Assembly: GCA_964276515.1 (NCBI GenBank)
Contig: OZ193909.1
Coordinates: 15,872,001-15,936,000, forward strand
Direction: 5' to 3'
DNA length: 64,000 bases
Source of the DNA: Gordius albopunctatus
Taxonomy: Eukaryota
Part shown: positions 27,517-38,615 of the stretch, piece after piece
Layout of the letters: every line of letters begins with the position of its first letter
Numbering within the stretch: the stretch's first letter is position 1
Translations under genes and position numbers: made by a program
The notes under the pieces: model-generated
What the model was told of the DNA's origin: nothing
Database searches by the model: none
Seen by the model: only the letters and a program-made list of their open reading frames with translations

Positions 27517-28349
27517 CCTATGTTCTTGATCCTATAATAATGCTGCTTATATTGTTGTTTTTACAGCGTTTTGATACGTGAAACAAGTTATCAATTTTGT
27601 AAATAATAATATTACCATTAAAAGTCACTCGCACTTTATGGCTAATAACGCTATAGTAATCATGTAATAATCTTTAAGGGGTGTAATTCATGATGGTAAT
27701 ATCAATGGACTAAAACATTTGCCTTAAATTTATGTTAAGGTCAACTTTAAGGTTTTAGCAAGGATTAATGTTGGGTATCAATTTGCATAAATATGTAACT
27801 AAGTCAAATATAGGTGAACTTATAAATTTCATCTGTTTAAATGTACACACACAGTGAATTTGATACAAATGTTATAATTTGCTAGAACTATAAAATTTAA
27901 TAAGGTCTGATCACTTAGTATATATATTATATAAAAGTTTCAGCTCCAAAACACTCAGGAGTACTGGTTTAAACTCAAATTTAAAAAGAGTCGGTAAACA
28001 CCACTATTCAATTCTAAATTTAATGCACAGTTATGCTATTTTATATATTAAACAAAAGGCGATCCTTACTTACTTTCAATTTTATTTATAGTTTTTTAAT
28101 TTTCACTCCATAGAAAATGTTATCTATTGTCAATGAGATGTCGTGTCGAGCTATATCATTAAAAATTTTGTGTATTAAGGTTTTTTTTAAAAAATATATA
28201 GGTATACAACTTGGATTTTTGTAACACTTAGTTAATAATTTTAATAAAACAGGAGAAATTTTTATGTTGTTTAAATTTTTCTTAAATGTCGAGACGAGAC
28301 GAGATCGAGATTTTTATAATCGCTCCCGAGACGAGACGAGATCGAAACA

Positions 28350-28897
28350 CTAGTTCGATACCCGGAGAGGGGAAATTTTTTTAAAATAATATATTGTTCT
28401 TGTTAATACCATTAATAATATGACTTTTTGACCGTGTCCTGGCTACTGTACTAATGAAAAAAATGACCATTGGCCAGATTGTGATTCGAATTTTTTTTTC
28501 GTTTTTGAATTGGTATATTAGGTTAACATTGATAATTACCCTATGCCCTCCCCTATAAAGGCTTATGCCTCTACTGATATGGGTTCTTGTGCCCCCCCCC
28601 CCTAGAAAAGCCTATGCCTCTACTTATGTGGGTTCGAATCCCGGCGAGGGCAAATTCTTAATTGCTGGTTCAATACCCGGAAAGGACAAATTTTTTTTTA
28701 ATTAAATGGAAAATTTGTATAAATAATTAATTAATCATTTTGCATTAATACCCCCTAACCCTATAGGCATTCTCGGTCCTTCCCACCTTTCTCGCCCATA
28801 AATTGCATAGCAAATATGCTAATTTTATACAGAGTATAGATGAGTTTCGTTCTCCCTTCCCTTCCCCCCTTCCCAGGAGGGCCGAAGGCCCGAGTTC
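28350..28897 (+). mobile_element. DINE-1/HINE-like element, 3' part
   Basis: Internal units with GGTTCGAATCCCGG; 3' subTIR GCCCATAAATTGCATAGCAA at 28794-28813; terminal hairpin GGGCC-GAA-GGCCC at 28879-28891, then GAGTT. Confidence 0.8.
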
Positions 28898-29784
28898 TTA
28901 TATTTGCGATGTCGTCGTTATTTTTGGTTTTTTGAGTTGCTGCACATATTGAGGGAGGGAGGGGAAGCAGTTAGCTACCGTATTACTACTCTCTACCCAG
29001 CTCCCTAGATTACTAAATTTCAATTCGCGCTCACCTAGTTGAATTATTGTTCCAAATTTAGTGAGATCTTACCGTCATCCATGAGGGGAATGAGATTGAA
29101 AAATATAAGCCACCTCTAAAAACCCTTTTGTTAATCTCCATTCTAGGTAACTAGCCTCTGTTAAGTGAATACTTAACTTTTGAAATTTCCAATTTCAAAA
29201 AATTAGTTTGTGGTAGACTGGATTTTTGTCATATTTTTTTAAATATTAATGTTTTAGATTTTTTTTGGGGGGGGGGGGAACCGCCACATTATGCCTCTCC
29301 ATATGCCCTGGCTACGCAGGGGGGATTTTTACACGTTAAAAAATATCTCATTTATATGAAAGAACCATGCATGTTCAATTTCGAATAGCTTATAATTTCT
29401 CTTAACAAATAAGGTTAGCGTTGGATTTTGCAAGAACAAGATTTGAAAGTTTTATAATTCGTTTTTTTATGGAAAACCGTTGATTTATTTATTAACGAAG
29501 GAATCAAGAGTGGATAAATATTGTTAATCTTATATATAAAAATGAAACTATGTGTGCATGTTTGTATGTATGCCGCCACAAATTTTGGAGAACTACCAGA
29601 CCGATTTGGCTCAAAATTTCACAGTTTATTCCTCAGAATCCTAAGATATGTTCGAGCCAAATCGGTCCAGTAGTTTTTGAGTTAGTTTGTTTTATATGTT
29701 TTGCCGTTTAATAAAACGTCAATCAAACGCAACCTCATGACGTACTGCCTATCTAAATGAAACTATGTGTGTGTGTGTGTGCAT

Positions 29785-31044
29785 CAGAGACCAGAAATTC
29801 CCGGCCCGGGCGGCCCGCTGCCCGGCTCGTAGGCCGGGCCGGGCAACTGCCTTAAATTTTAATTTTCGGGCGGGCCCGGGCGGGCACGCTGATAAGATTC
29901 GGGCAATTCGGGCATGCCCAAAATTTTATCAAATTAATTTTCCTTGAAAAAAAATAAATTCGCTTATAAACAATTTTGGGTCATAATAAATTTGACTAGA
30001 TTTTTTTCCATCGCTTAAATCTTCATTGTACGTTTATATAATGTCCTAATTTCAATTTCTTCAAAATTAGATCAAAATTAAATCACTACGATTTAAACTG
30101 CCAGGGGCGTAGACAAGGGGGGGGGGCAGGAAGGGGCAGCTGCCCCCCTCTAAACTCAAAAATTTGTTAAAATTCATTAAAATTATGGCTAAATTTTCGA
30201 AAAATGATCATTTTGCCCCTGCCTAAATCATTATTGCCCCCTCTAATTTTAATGCTGGCTTCGGAGATATAATATGCAAAAAAACTCTGGCCAAAGTTTT
30301 TTGCATTAATTTAGGAATTTGTCCGTGGTTTTAAGCTTTATATTTTTAAATCTTTTTATTATATAAAATATCGTGCTTGATCTTAACTATTAATTAGATT
30401 TAAAATTTACAAACGCTAGAATAATATATTCAAATTCTGCTATTAGACTTAGCGGAGACCGGGGCTAGTCTTAGCCCAGGGTTACTATTATCTTTGTAAT
30501 TATTTTTTTAAATAATAATGATATATAATTAAAACTTAAACCATATGTGTATTTTTTCATAAGGGATAAGTAAAAAAAATTTTGTTTATAAAAAATAAAA
30601 TTTTTATGGAGGAAAAACGATTTTTCGGGGCTATTAGTAGCCTTGACAAAATTTTGTATTTTGGACATAAAAATTTTTTGGCTTTATATTTTGAACTAAT
30701 TTAAGTTCTATCTTATAAAGGGATCTTTTTTATATAAAAACCGTCTAATAATTAAATTTTTATTTGCAAGAAGGGTTCAGGCGGACAATTTAATTAAAAA
30801 TTTGGACCGGGCCGGGTTCGGGCAGAAAAATTTAAACTACTCCGACCTCTTTTTGGGACCTCCTAAATTCGGGACTAACGGGCAAATTTAATATTTCGGG
30901 CCGGGCAATTCGGGCAGCTTTAACAATTCGGGCGGGCCCCGGCGGACACTTAGATGGGTTCGGGCGGGCCCGGGCGGGCAATGAAGTTAAAAAATTGTAT
31001 CGGGCCGGGTTCGGGCAGAAAATTCCCAACAAATCTGACCTCTG
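29785..31044. mobile_element. Non-autonomous hAT element (CAGAGACCAGA / TCTGACCTCTG TIRs, GCCCG-rich subtermini) nested in the Helitron
   Basis: Perfect 8-bp TSD GTGTGCAT at 29777-29784 and 31045-31052; contains a CAGGGGCGTAG MITE fragment at ~30102-30262. Confidence 0.9.
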
Positions 31045-31140
31045 GTGTGCATGCGAGTAGGTAGTGTTTTAGTGTGATAAATGTAGGCATGTGCTGCGGA
31101 AAATGGAAACTTTTTACGATTTGGGAACATTAAATCAAAG

Positions 31141-31444
31141 CATGGGCGTACGCAGGTTTTGAATTAGGGGGGGGGGCAGATTTAAAAAAAATTTTCTCGA
31201 CTATCCAAAAATTTTCATGAGAGCAAAAAAAAGGTCTTCGACTACTGAATTCCTAAATTTTTTCTGAGACCCGCAGGGGGTAGCCGCCCTCCCCTGAATA
31301 ATTAGGGGGGCAGCCGCCCTTTCTGTTCTTCCCTGGCTAATTAGTGTGGGGGGGGGGGGGGCAAAACATAATTTTTAAGGGTTTTTGTATTGAAAAATTA
31401 TAATTTTTTTTTAAATTAGGGGGGGGGGACTGGGTACGCCCATG
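31141..31444. mobile_element. hAT-type MITE (CATGGGCGTAC TIR) nested in the Helitron
   Basis: CATGGGCGTACGCAG / CTGGGTACGCCCATG; perfect TSD AATCAAAG at 31133-31140 and 31445-31452. Confidence 0.9.
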
Positions 31445-32043
31445 AATCAAAGTCATTTTTTGCTTATTTTTCACGTCAATTATTATTATTATAGGACGGT
31501 CGTGTCTCCTCCTGCGTGGCTAAATAAATTAAAAAATATAATTTTGTCATTTTTTGCGCGTTAAATAACGAGAAAAATGAAAATACAATTAACAAAGTGC
31601 CAATAAATGTTTATATATCTCAGTTCTTCGGAAATTATTAAGTTCAGAATTAAAAGTTTTATTCAGAAACAAATAATTATGATATTGTTTCTTAATTACA
31701 AAAAAATATTAAAAAATTGCTTGAAGGGCCAAGGGACCAACGATTTTTCCCTTGGGGGGTCATGGGGCCAGGTTTTCTCTTTTGGGTGGGTCTGGGCCTT
31801 GGAACCTTTTTAACTATTTGTTTAAAAATTATCAAACTTCATTTTTACTTCAATAACCGCTTTATCATCATGTATGCCCTAAAATTCCAACATAATTTAA
31901 TACACCCGGGTAAATGGCAAAACAACGTTTGCCGGGTTCATCTAGTTTATATAAACCTCAATGGATTCAGTTAAAATATTACTAGAAAAATTTTGCCTCT
32001 TGGCCATTCGAGGTCTTTAAGAATTGATCTAAATCACAAAAAA

Positions 32044-32352
32044 TTAATAATGCAATTTATTGGCTCGCTTTTTGTTGTCGTCCGTCCGTCCAACATGTAT
32101 CTTAATTGCTGGTTTGAATCCCGGAAAGGACAAATTTTTTTTTAAATTAAATGAAAAATGTGTATAAATAATTAACTAATCATTTTGCATTTAATACCCC
32201 CTTTAGTAGGCATTCTCGTCCCTTCCCACCTTTCTCGCCCACAAATTGCATAGCAAATGGGCTACTTTTATACGGAGTATAGATGAGTCGTTCCCCCTTC
32301 CCTTTCCCTACTCCCATTCCCCCCTTCCCACGAGGGCCGAAGCCCCGAGTTT
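32044..32352 (+). mobile_element. Short, apparently complete DINE-1/HINE-like element
   Basis: Degenerate 5' subTIR ATGCAATTTATTGGC, (GTCC)n microsatellite, GGTTTGAATCCCGG, 3' subTIR GCCCACAAATTGCATAGCAA, hairpin GGGCCGAAGCCCC, T-rich end. Confidence 0.8.
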
Positions 32353-33113
32353 TTTATATTTATTAAATTAAAGTTCTGAAATTTTGTTATAAAGTAATAA
32401 GGATTAAAAAATGTGATAGTTTATCATCAAAAATACATGCTTTAACGCCTACTTATGCTTTAATAAATAAGCTAAAATTACTCATATTTGATTATCTGCG
32501 TTGCAATATATTCAATATTATTTACTTCACTTGGATTAATATTAAATGTACAATCATATTTATTTACAATATGCATTCTAATAAATATGTAGGGGAGACC
32601 GGGGCTATCTTTTACCCGGGGCTATAGCGTCTTCTCGATTATTTTTGTCATTTATGTTTATTAAGACCTCAAATTATAATCATAAATGTATTTTATTAAG
32701 GCACATGTTAGGCACAAAAAATATTTGGATTAACCTTTCTTACAAAAAAATTATGTAGAAAAAAAGGTTTTTCGGGGCTAAAACGTCCTTTTTTATTTTT
32801 TTGTATTTTGTAAATTATTTAAAAACTACTTATTCTGCCAACCTGAAATATATACCAAGGTAATAAGAAGTGACTCTTTTATTATATTTATATTCAAATA
32901 TATTTTTTTGACGAGTTGAATCATCTTAAGCACAACTTAAAGTTCAATGATCATGCCGGGGCTATCGCAGCCGGGGCTATCGTTTCCTTATAATCCGCAG
33001 CCAATTTTTCTAATTACAATTATAAAAATTTAAAGCCGATATCTCGTTGATAAAATTTCGTATCGTCTCGTTTAAAGGTCGAAAATCTCGTCTAGATCTC
33101 GATTCAATTTTTC

Positions 33114-34165
33114 TAGTGCTGTAAACATTTGTAAAAAAATCGAACGCGTTCCCGTTCACGTTCGTCTAAAAAGAAAAGGAACGCGTTCATGAACTATGAT
33201 ACATTTTTTTAAGGTTTAATTTAATATAATTAAATGTCGTATATTTTTTAATACAAGCCATGATAAAAAATAATAGTTTTATTTCGACAATATAATTATA
33301 AATCAATATAATCTGTTTTCTTATTTATTTTTAATAATAATTGTTTTTCAAAATTGTCTTCTGATAAGCAGGAACGCTTGGCAGTTAATACAGCATTAGC
33401 TATACTAAAAACCTGCTCCACAGGGGCAGATGAGGGGATTGGAGTATTATACTTAATAAACAAACTTTTTAAAGGAGGAAATTTATTAAAAACTTTTAAT
33501 GTTTTGTCCCTCGCTTCAAAAAATTGCGACAAGATATCATCCTCCAATGCGCCCTCTACTTCCTCGCCAAAAAATGATATCTCGGAATCGACAGCTCTTT
33601 CATTATCAATTCTAGGGGTTTCAATCCCTTTTATCAATAACACTAAAAGTTTATTCTTTATAGGTCATTTTAATTATTGAATTTGATCTTTTATATGAAA
33701 CGAGTGAAAAATATTTTTCATATTTTGGCCATGGCAATTTCAATTCATCTGCTGATTTTGAATATTCAGAATCTGAAGATGTCGACGATATAATATTATG
33801 ATTGTCCATATTAACCTATAAATTAAACTATAATTAATAATATCAAACTAATTAACTTTAATCTTATCTTCTTTTGCACGTTATAGTATGTTAAAAGTAT
33901 TTCGGAATTGGTAAAAGGAAACAGGAAAAACAGCTGATTAAAAAATATAATACTTTTTTGTTAAAAATTCGGATTGACATTAATTTTCAAATAAATAAAA
34001 ACAAAAAAGGGTTTTTAAAATTGAACGAACGTTAAATTCGAACGCGTTCATCAAAAAAGGAACGCGTTCACGTTCAAAGTTCACCAAAAAATAAAAGAAC
34101 GCCGTTCATGAACGCGTTCATAAAATTTGAACGCGTTCGTGAAAACGCGTTCACTTACAGCACTA
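33114..34165 (-). mobile_element. Internally deleted hAT transposon, copy 1 (TIR TAGTGCTGTAA)
   Basis: TAGTGCTGTAA...TTACAGCACTA; subterminal palindromes GAACGCGTTC; minus strand has an N-terminal piece (MDNHN..LPWPKYEKYF) and the C-terminal dimerization domain (KYNTPIPSSAPVEQVFS..FEKQLLLK, ORF 33296-33643). Confidence 0.9.
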
Positions 34166-34785
34166 AAAATAATGATATCTTACCGATGGGCTGGGGTGTG
34201 AATGATATTACAATACTGAAAAATTATGTAGGGGGTGGCGTTCTTGATTCAACTCTCCCTTTCTCCTAACCTAACAACTTACCCCTAATAAATCATACTC
34301 ACCACATACATTATAAAACTATATCAACATAGGCATACATAGAGTTGTTAAATTGCTAACTTTAGCAATGCTAACTATGTGCTACGCTCGAGCACGAACA
34401 GTAGCTGGGTAATATGCTAGTTTAGCAGAATGAGTGCTAACTGTTCGGTGCGTTAGTTTTAACAGTAGCACATAAAAATGCTCGAGAAGTTAGTCGAAGC
34501 AGCCAAATCTGTTAAAAAGTTTAGCAGGAGCTCGAGCAGGAAATTCGAGCAGATGGTAGATTGAATTGCTTTTGTTAAACTTTTTTAGTTACTAACAAAA
34601 TTTGCTCATGGCATATTATAAAGTTATTATATTATAGTTTTATAAGAAATTAAGCATGTTGAGCATAAAATGATGGATTGCACGATAATAAGATGAGATT
34701 GTCTATTTGATTTTTTACCCTACGTGTAATTATATACATTTTGAGTTTTTAGGTATAAATATTTTGTACAGGTGGTTAAATAAAT

Positions 34786-35206
34786 ATATAGATGGGGTAA
34801 ATGTCATAATCTATATTTATGATGCGATTTAAATTTTTTTTTGAAATTCTGACTCACTAAGAGCTTAAAAAATGTTTTTCACCTTTGAAATTAAGATTTT
34901 TAAAAGTTTAGCGGTCACCCAGGTGACTAATGTCATAATCTATATTTATGATGTGATTTAAATAAAATCTTAATTTCAAAGGTGAAAAACATTTTTTTAA
35001 CTCTTAGTGAGTCAGAATTTGAAAAAAAATTTAAATCGCATCATAAATATGGATTATGACATTTGTCACATGGGCCACCGCTAAACTTTTAAAAATCTTA
35101 ATTTCAAAGGTGAAAAACATTTTTTATGCTCTTAGTGAGTCAGAATTTGAAGAAAAAATTTAAATCGCATCATAAATATAGATTATGACATTTACCCCAT
35201 CTATAT
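34786..35206. repeat. Foldback (long inverted repeat) element built from a ~130-bp unit
   Basis: ATATAGATGGGGTAAATGTCATAATCTATATTTATGATGCGATTTAAA... mirrored by ...TTTAAATCGCATCATAAATATAGATTATGACATTTACCCCATCTATAT; about 1.3 units forward and 2 units reversed. Confidence 0.85.
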
Positions 35207-35914
35207 TATAAAATCGGGCCGGGCCTGGGGCAGAAAAATGGTAACAAATCTGACCTCTGGTAGCAGAGTGGCAGCTGCCCCCCTCTAAATCCGGAAATTA
35301 ATATAATTATGACTTTAATTTCAGAAAATTACTATTTTGCCCCTCCCTAAGCACTGTTGCCCCCTGGTACGCCCTTGGGTTATATAAAATTAATATTGGA
35401 AAATTTAATCAAAATTCCCTAAGACAAAAAATATTAATTCAAAATTTTGAGTTTAATAAATAAGGAATCTAATATTTTGTCGTACGAAAATTTGTCTTGT
35501 AAAATAATATAAAAGTGAATATTTTTTATTATACATTGACATTTGCCTTAAAAAATGTTTTATATCCTCGATGATGGTTATTAAATTTCTTATCATACTA
35601 CATTAGTTTCATCTACACGTGTTGATGATTTAGCCAGTGACAACAGCAAAGGCCTTAAGACATCATTATCATCTTTTTAGATCCATGTAAAATACTTTAA
35701 GATTTCTGAGCCATGTCGCCTTTTTAAAAATATCTAAAATATAAATTCCTGAAAAGTAAAATAATTATATATATTTTTATTATTATATTTGCTATTAAGA
35801 TAACTAAATATATTGATAACTAGGTTAATCGACAAAAATACACTATTTAACTTGAATATTTTTTGCTTATTTATTATAAAATGTTATTTATAATATTTCA
35901 ATAGATTTTTAAAA

Positions 35915-36612
35915 ATGAAAAATTATGGAAATCGCCCTATGGTCAATAGATCTTCTTTACAGCTTTTATGTCGAAGTTTCGAAAATTGGATGGGAGTAAC
36001 TGAAATTAGAGAATACGTAATACAAAAACCGAAGCAATGTTTTATACTGGTTGTATTGCTAATATCCCTCCTATTTCCTCTCAGTTTTTATTTGACATTT
36101 ACTATTACGACATTTTGCATCACCTTCACCATCTTTTTAATTGTCCAAGGTAATATTTCTCTAAAAAAATTTAACTTTTTTTTTAATTTTAATCGTTTCT
36201 TCAAGCATTTTATAAAAAAAATTGTTTTATTTACATCAGTGCTACATAATTTTTTTGAACGCAATTTTAGCATTAAATTAAAAAATGTATATCTAAAACA
36301 GTGATCTGGTCATTTTACAGTGTTTATCGGTAAACAATTTTAAACCTTATTAAATTTTTATTATTAAAGGTAACGTTAAATGATTTAAATCTTTTAGGTA
36401 GTTTGGTATTTACTTCAACTTTAGCGGTGGCCACAGTTTTAGCCATTTCGCTTCCATTTTCAATGCTATTCGTTGTCATAGCTCTGACAGGAAAAAATAT
36501 CATTAATGCCATCTGGAAAACGTTTAAAATTATCTTACTTTTTATTATCAAATATACTTTTCATCTAGATGTAAAAACACCATATTTACCAAACTATTTA
36601 AGTTTAAATTGA
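35915..36612 (+). CDS. Promethin / lipid droplet assembly factor 1 (LDAF1/TMEM159)-like membrane protein, 149 aa, 2 exons
   Basis: Exons 35915-36149 and 36398-36612 joined by a phase-1 intron (CAAG|GTAATA...CTTTTAG|GT) give one 450-nt frame. EYVIQKPKQCFILVVLLISLLFPLSFYLTFTITTFCITFTIFLIVQG|SLVF.. fits the promethin pattern (Y-x4-P, a hydrophobic helix broken by P, [EQ]G turn, second hydrophobic hairpin). Family call is from recalled sequence, not a search. Confidence 0.65.
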
Positions 36613-37447
36613 CGCTCCTTAATTTTTATATCAAATTAAAATCAGCATTGAAAGCATTAAAATAACAGAAAAATACAAATTTTTAAATTTTACATTGCAT
36701 TTTTGAATTGTTTCATCAACACTTGATTATAATTTTATAAATGACAAAACAGATGCCATGGAAATGTCAATTAATGTCAAGGCCTTAGAGAGAGGCAATA
36801 AATATAGTATAAACATTTTTAGATGAGATTACTAAACAAATATTTAATTAAAAAGGGTTGTATAAATATCAAAAAAAGAGCTTTGAATTTTTGTTAATTT
36901 GCCATTGAAAATTTATCCCAAGTCGAGTAGTATGAACAGTGGCGTAGCTAGCGTTTTTGCCTTGGGGGGGGGGCGAGCTTTGATTTCACACAGGTGGAAA
37001 GGGATCTAACGCAATCAAAAAACTTTTGCCCATAAACGTTAAGTCCAACTTAAAATTTCTTTATTACTTTGTGTATGTATTTCTTCTTTTAACTCGCTTA
37101 AAGTTTTATCGAATTAAGTCCATGTATCAGATCCTTCATATGTTTATAGGGCATAAAATAAAATAAATCATTCATAAATAAAACAAAGTAATGTAGTTGA
37201 AACTATTATATCAAGACAATACAGAAATTTTCACAAGGTATAGTAAGTTTGTGTACAAATAAATTACAAGGGCACAAAATGGAACCGGAATATTGACAAG
37301 AAAACTTTTATATTTTAAAAAATAATACAAATAGTAAAAAACTATACAATAAAGTTTTTATAAAAATCTTGTATTGCCACAACCCCAAAATTTGGGCTAT
37401 ATTTCTGACAAATCTTAATTTTACACATATGATATTGGCAGCATTTA

Positions 37448-37959
37448 ATGGCGAAGTATATCCGGTGTAATGTGCGACAAGAAAATGCCAATATGGTTGA
37501 AGAGCAAAGCTTACAAATCCATCGTAAGACCGGTGTTACTCTATGGAAGTGAAACATGGGCATTAAACACCACGGAAGGAAAGCTATTACAAGCCACGGA
37601 GATGAGAATGATACGGTGGAGCTTGGGGTATACTAAGCTCGACCATATGACGAATGACTTTCTCATGACAAAAATGGGTATTCAACCTATGGCGGACATG
37701 ATTAACGAAAATCGGCTAAGGTGGTATGGGCATATACTAAGAAGGGATCCGGATGACGTAAATCGAAAAGTGCTAGACATGAAAATACCGGGGAAGAGAG
37801 GAAGAGGACGACCCCGTGTCACGTGGAAAAGGCAAGTCGATAAAGTTATGGAAACTAAAGAGATTCGTCAAGACATGGCACTAACCCGGTCAAGATGGAA
37901 GAGACTCATCAAAACAAACCCCACCAATGTGGGACCAAATAACTGATAAAGAAGAAGAA
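37448..37959 (+). mobile_element. 5'-truncated RTE-clade LINE (3' end of ORF 37470-37946) with TSD
   Basis: KSIVRPVLLYGSETW..EMRMIRW..RLRWYGHILRR..GKRGRGRPRVTW; (AAG)n tail at 37949-37960; 17-bp TSD GATATTGGCAGCATTTA at 37431-37447 and 37960-37976. Confidence 0.92.
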
Positions 37960-38615
37960 GATATTGGCAGCATTTATATCAGAAACACAATGACAACATC
38001 TAAAAGCCTTTTTTAAGATTAGATCCTTAACAGGCGAAATTATAACATAAAATATAAAAAACTTAATTGTAAAATTAGAATTCTCAAATGCGAGAATGAA
38101 TATTTAAAAGTTATAATGATATTATAGATTTATTTGCACAAACCCCCTTTACCCAATCAAAAATTTAAAATGAACTAATAAATTAACGGCTAAAATTATC
38201 CTTAGAAATATTCTGTCATAAATGAATTAAAATTTTTAATAATTTTATATGAAACTAGAGATGTGAAATGCACAGAACAACTTAGAGCTTGTGTACATTT
38301 TGTTGATTCCAATCCAATGACACACATATAGAATTTTTCTAGGATCCTTGAAAGTTTTGTTTTGATGCATTAACAATTATTGTCAATAAAATGTATGAAT
38401 TTGTTATTAATATTAATTTAAAAGCAATATGTGCTGCTCAAACTTATGATGGGGTATCACTAATGAAGGAGAAAAAATGGCGTGCAAATGCAAGCCATTT
38501 TTCAAAAATCATTGGCTTTATATGTGCATGTGGCACATAAAAATATGCAAGAGATGTTAAACAATAAGCATGCGAGACGGACCAGGATGGGTTTTCGTGA
38601 ATTTAATAATATTAA

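Larger units (their letters stand above)
29528..31945 (+). mobile_element. Non-autonomous Helitron carrying nested insertions
   Basis: 5' end A|TCTTATATATAAAAATG; 3' hairpin GGCAAA-ACAACG-TTTGCC (31916-31933), then CTAG|T; inserted between A and T with no TSD. Confidence 0.8.

Noticed and set aside
28625..28650. Functional tRNA genes at the GGTTCGAATCCCGG motifs
   Set aside because: Only the T-arm/B-box is present with no cloverleaf; they are part of the DINE-like repeat.
33354..33680. Plus-strand ORFs repeated three times (33354-33680, 43590-43814, 62264-62671) as a gene family
   Set aside because: They are antisense to the hAT dimerization-domain frame in three copies of one transposon.
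35261..35272. AGCAGAGTGGC, matching the 5' end of initiator tRNA-Met
   Set aside because: Only 11 nt, and it runs into MITE sequence (GCAGCTGCCCCCCTCTAAATCC); probably chance.
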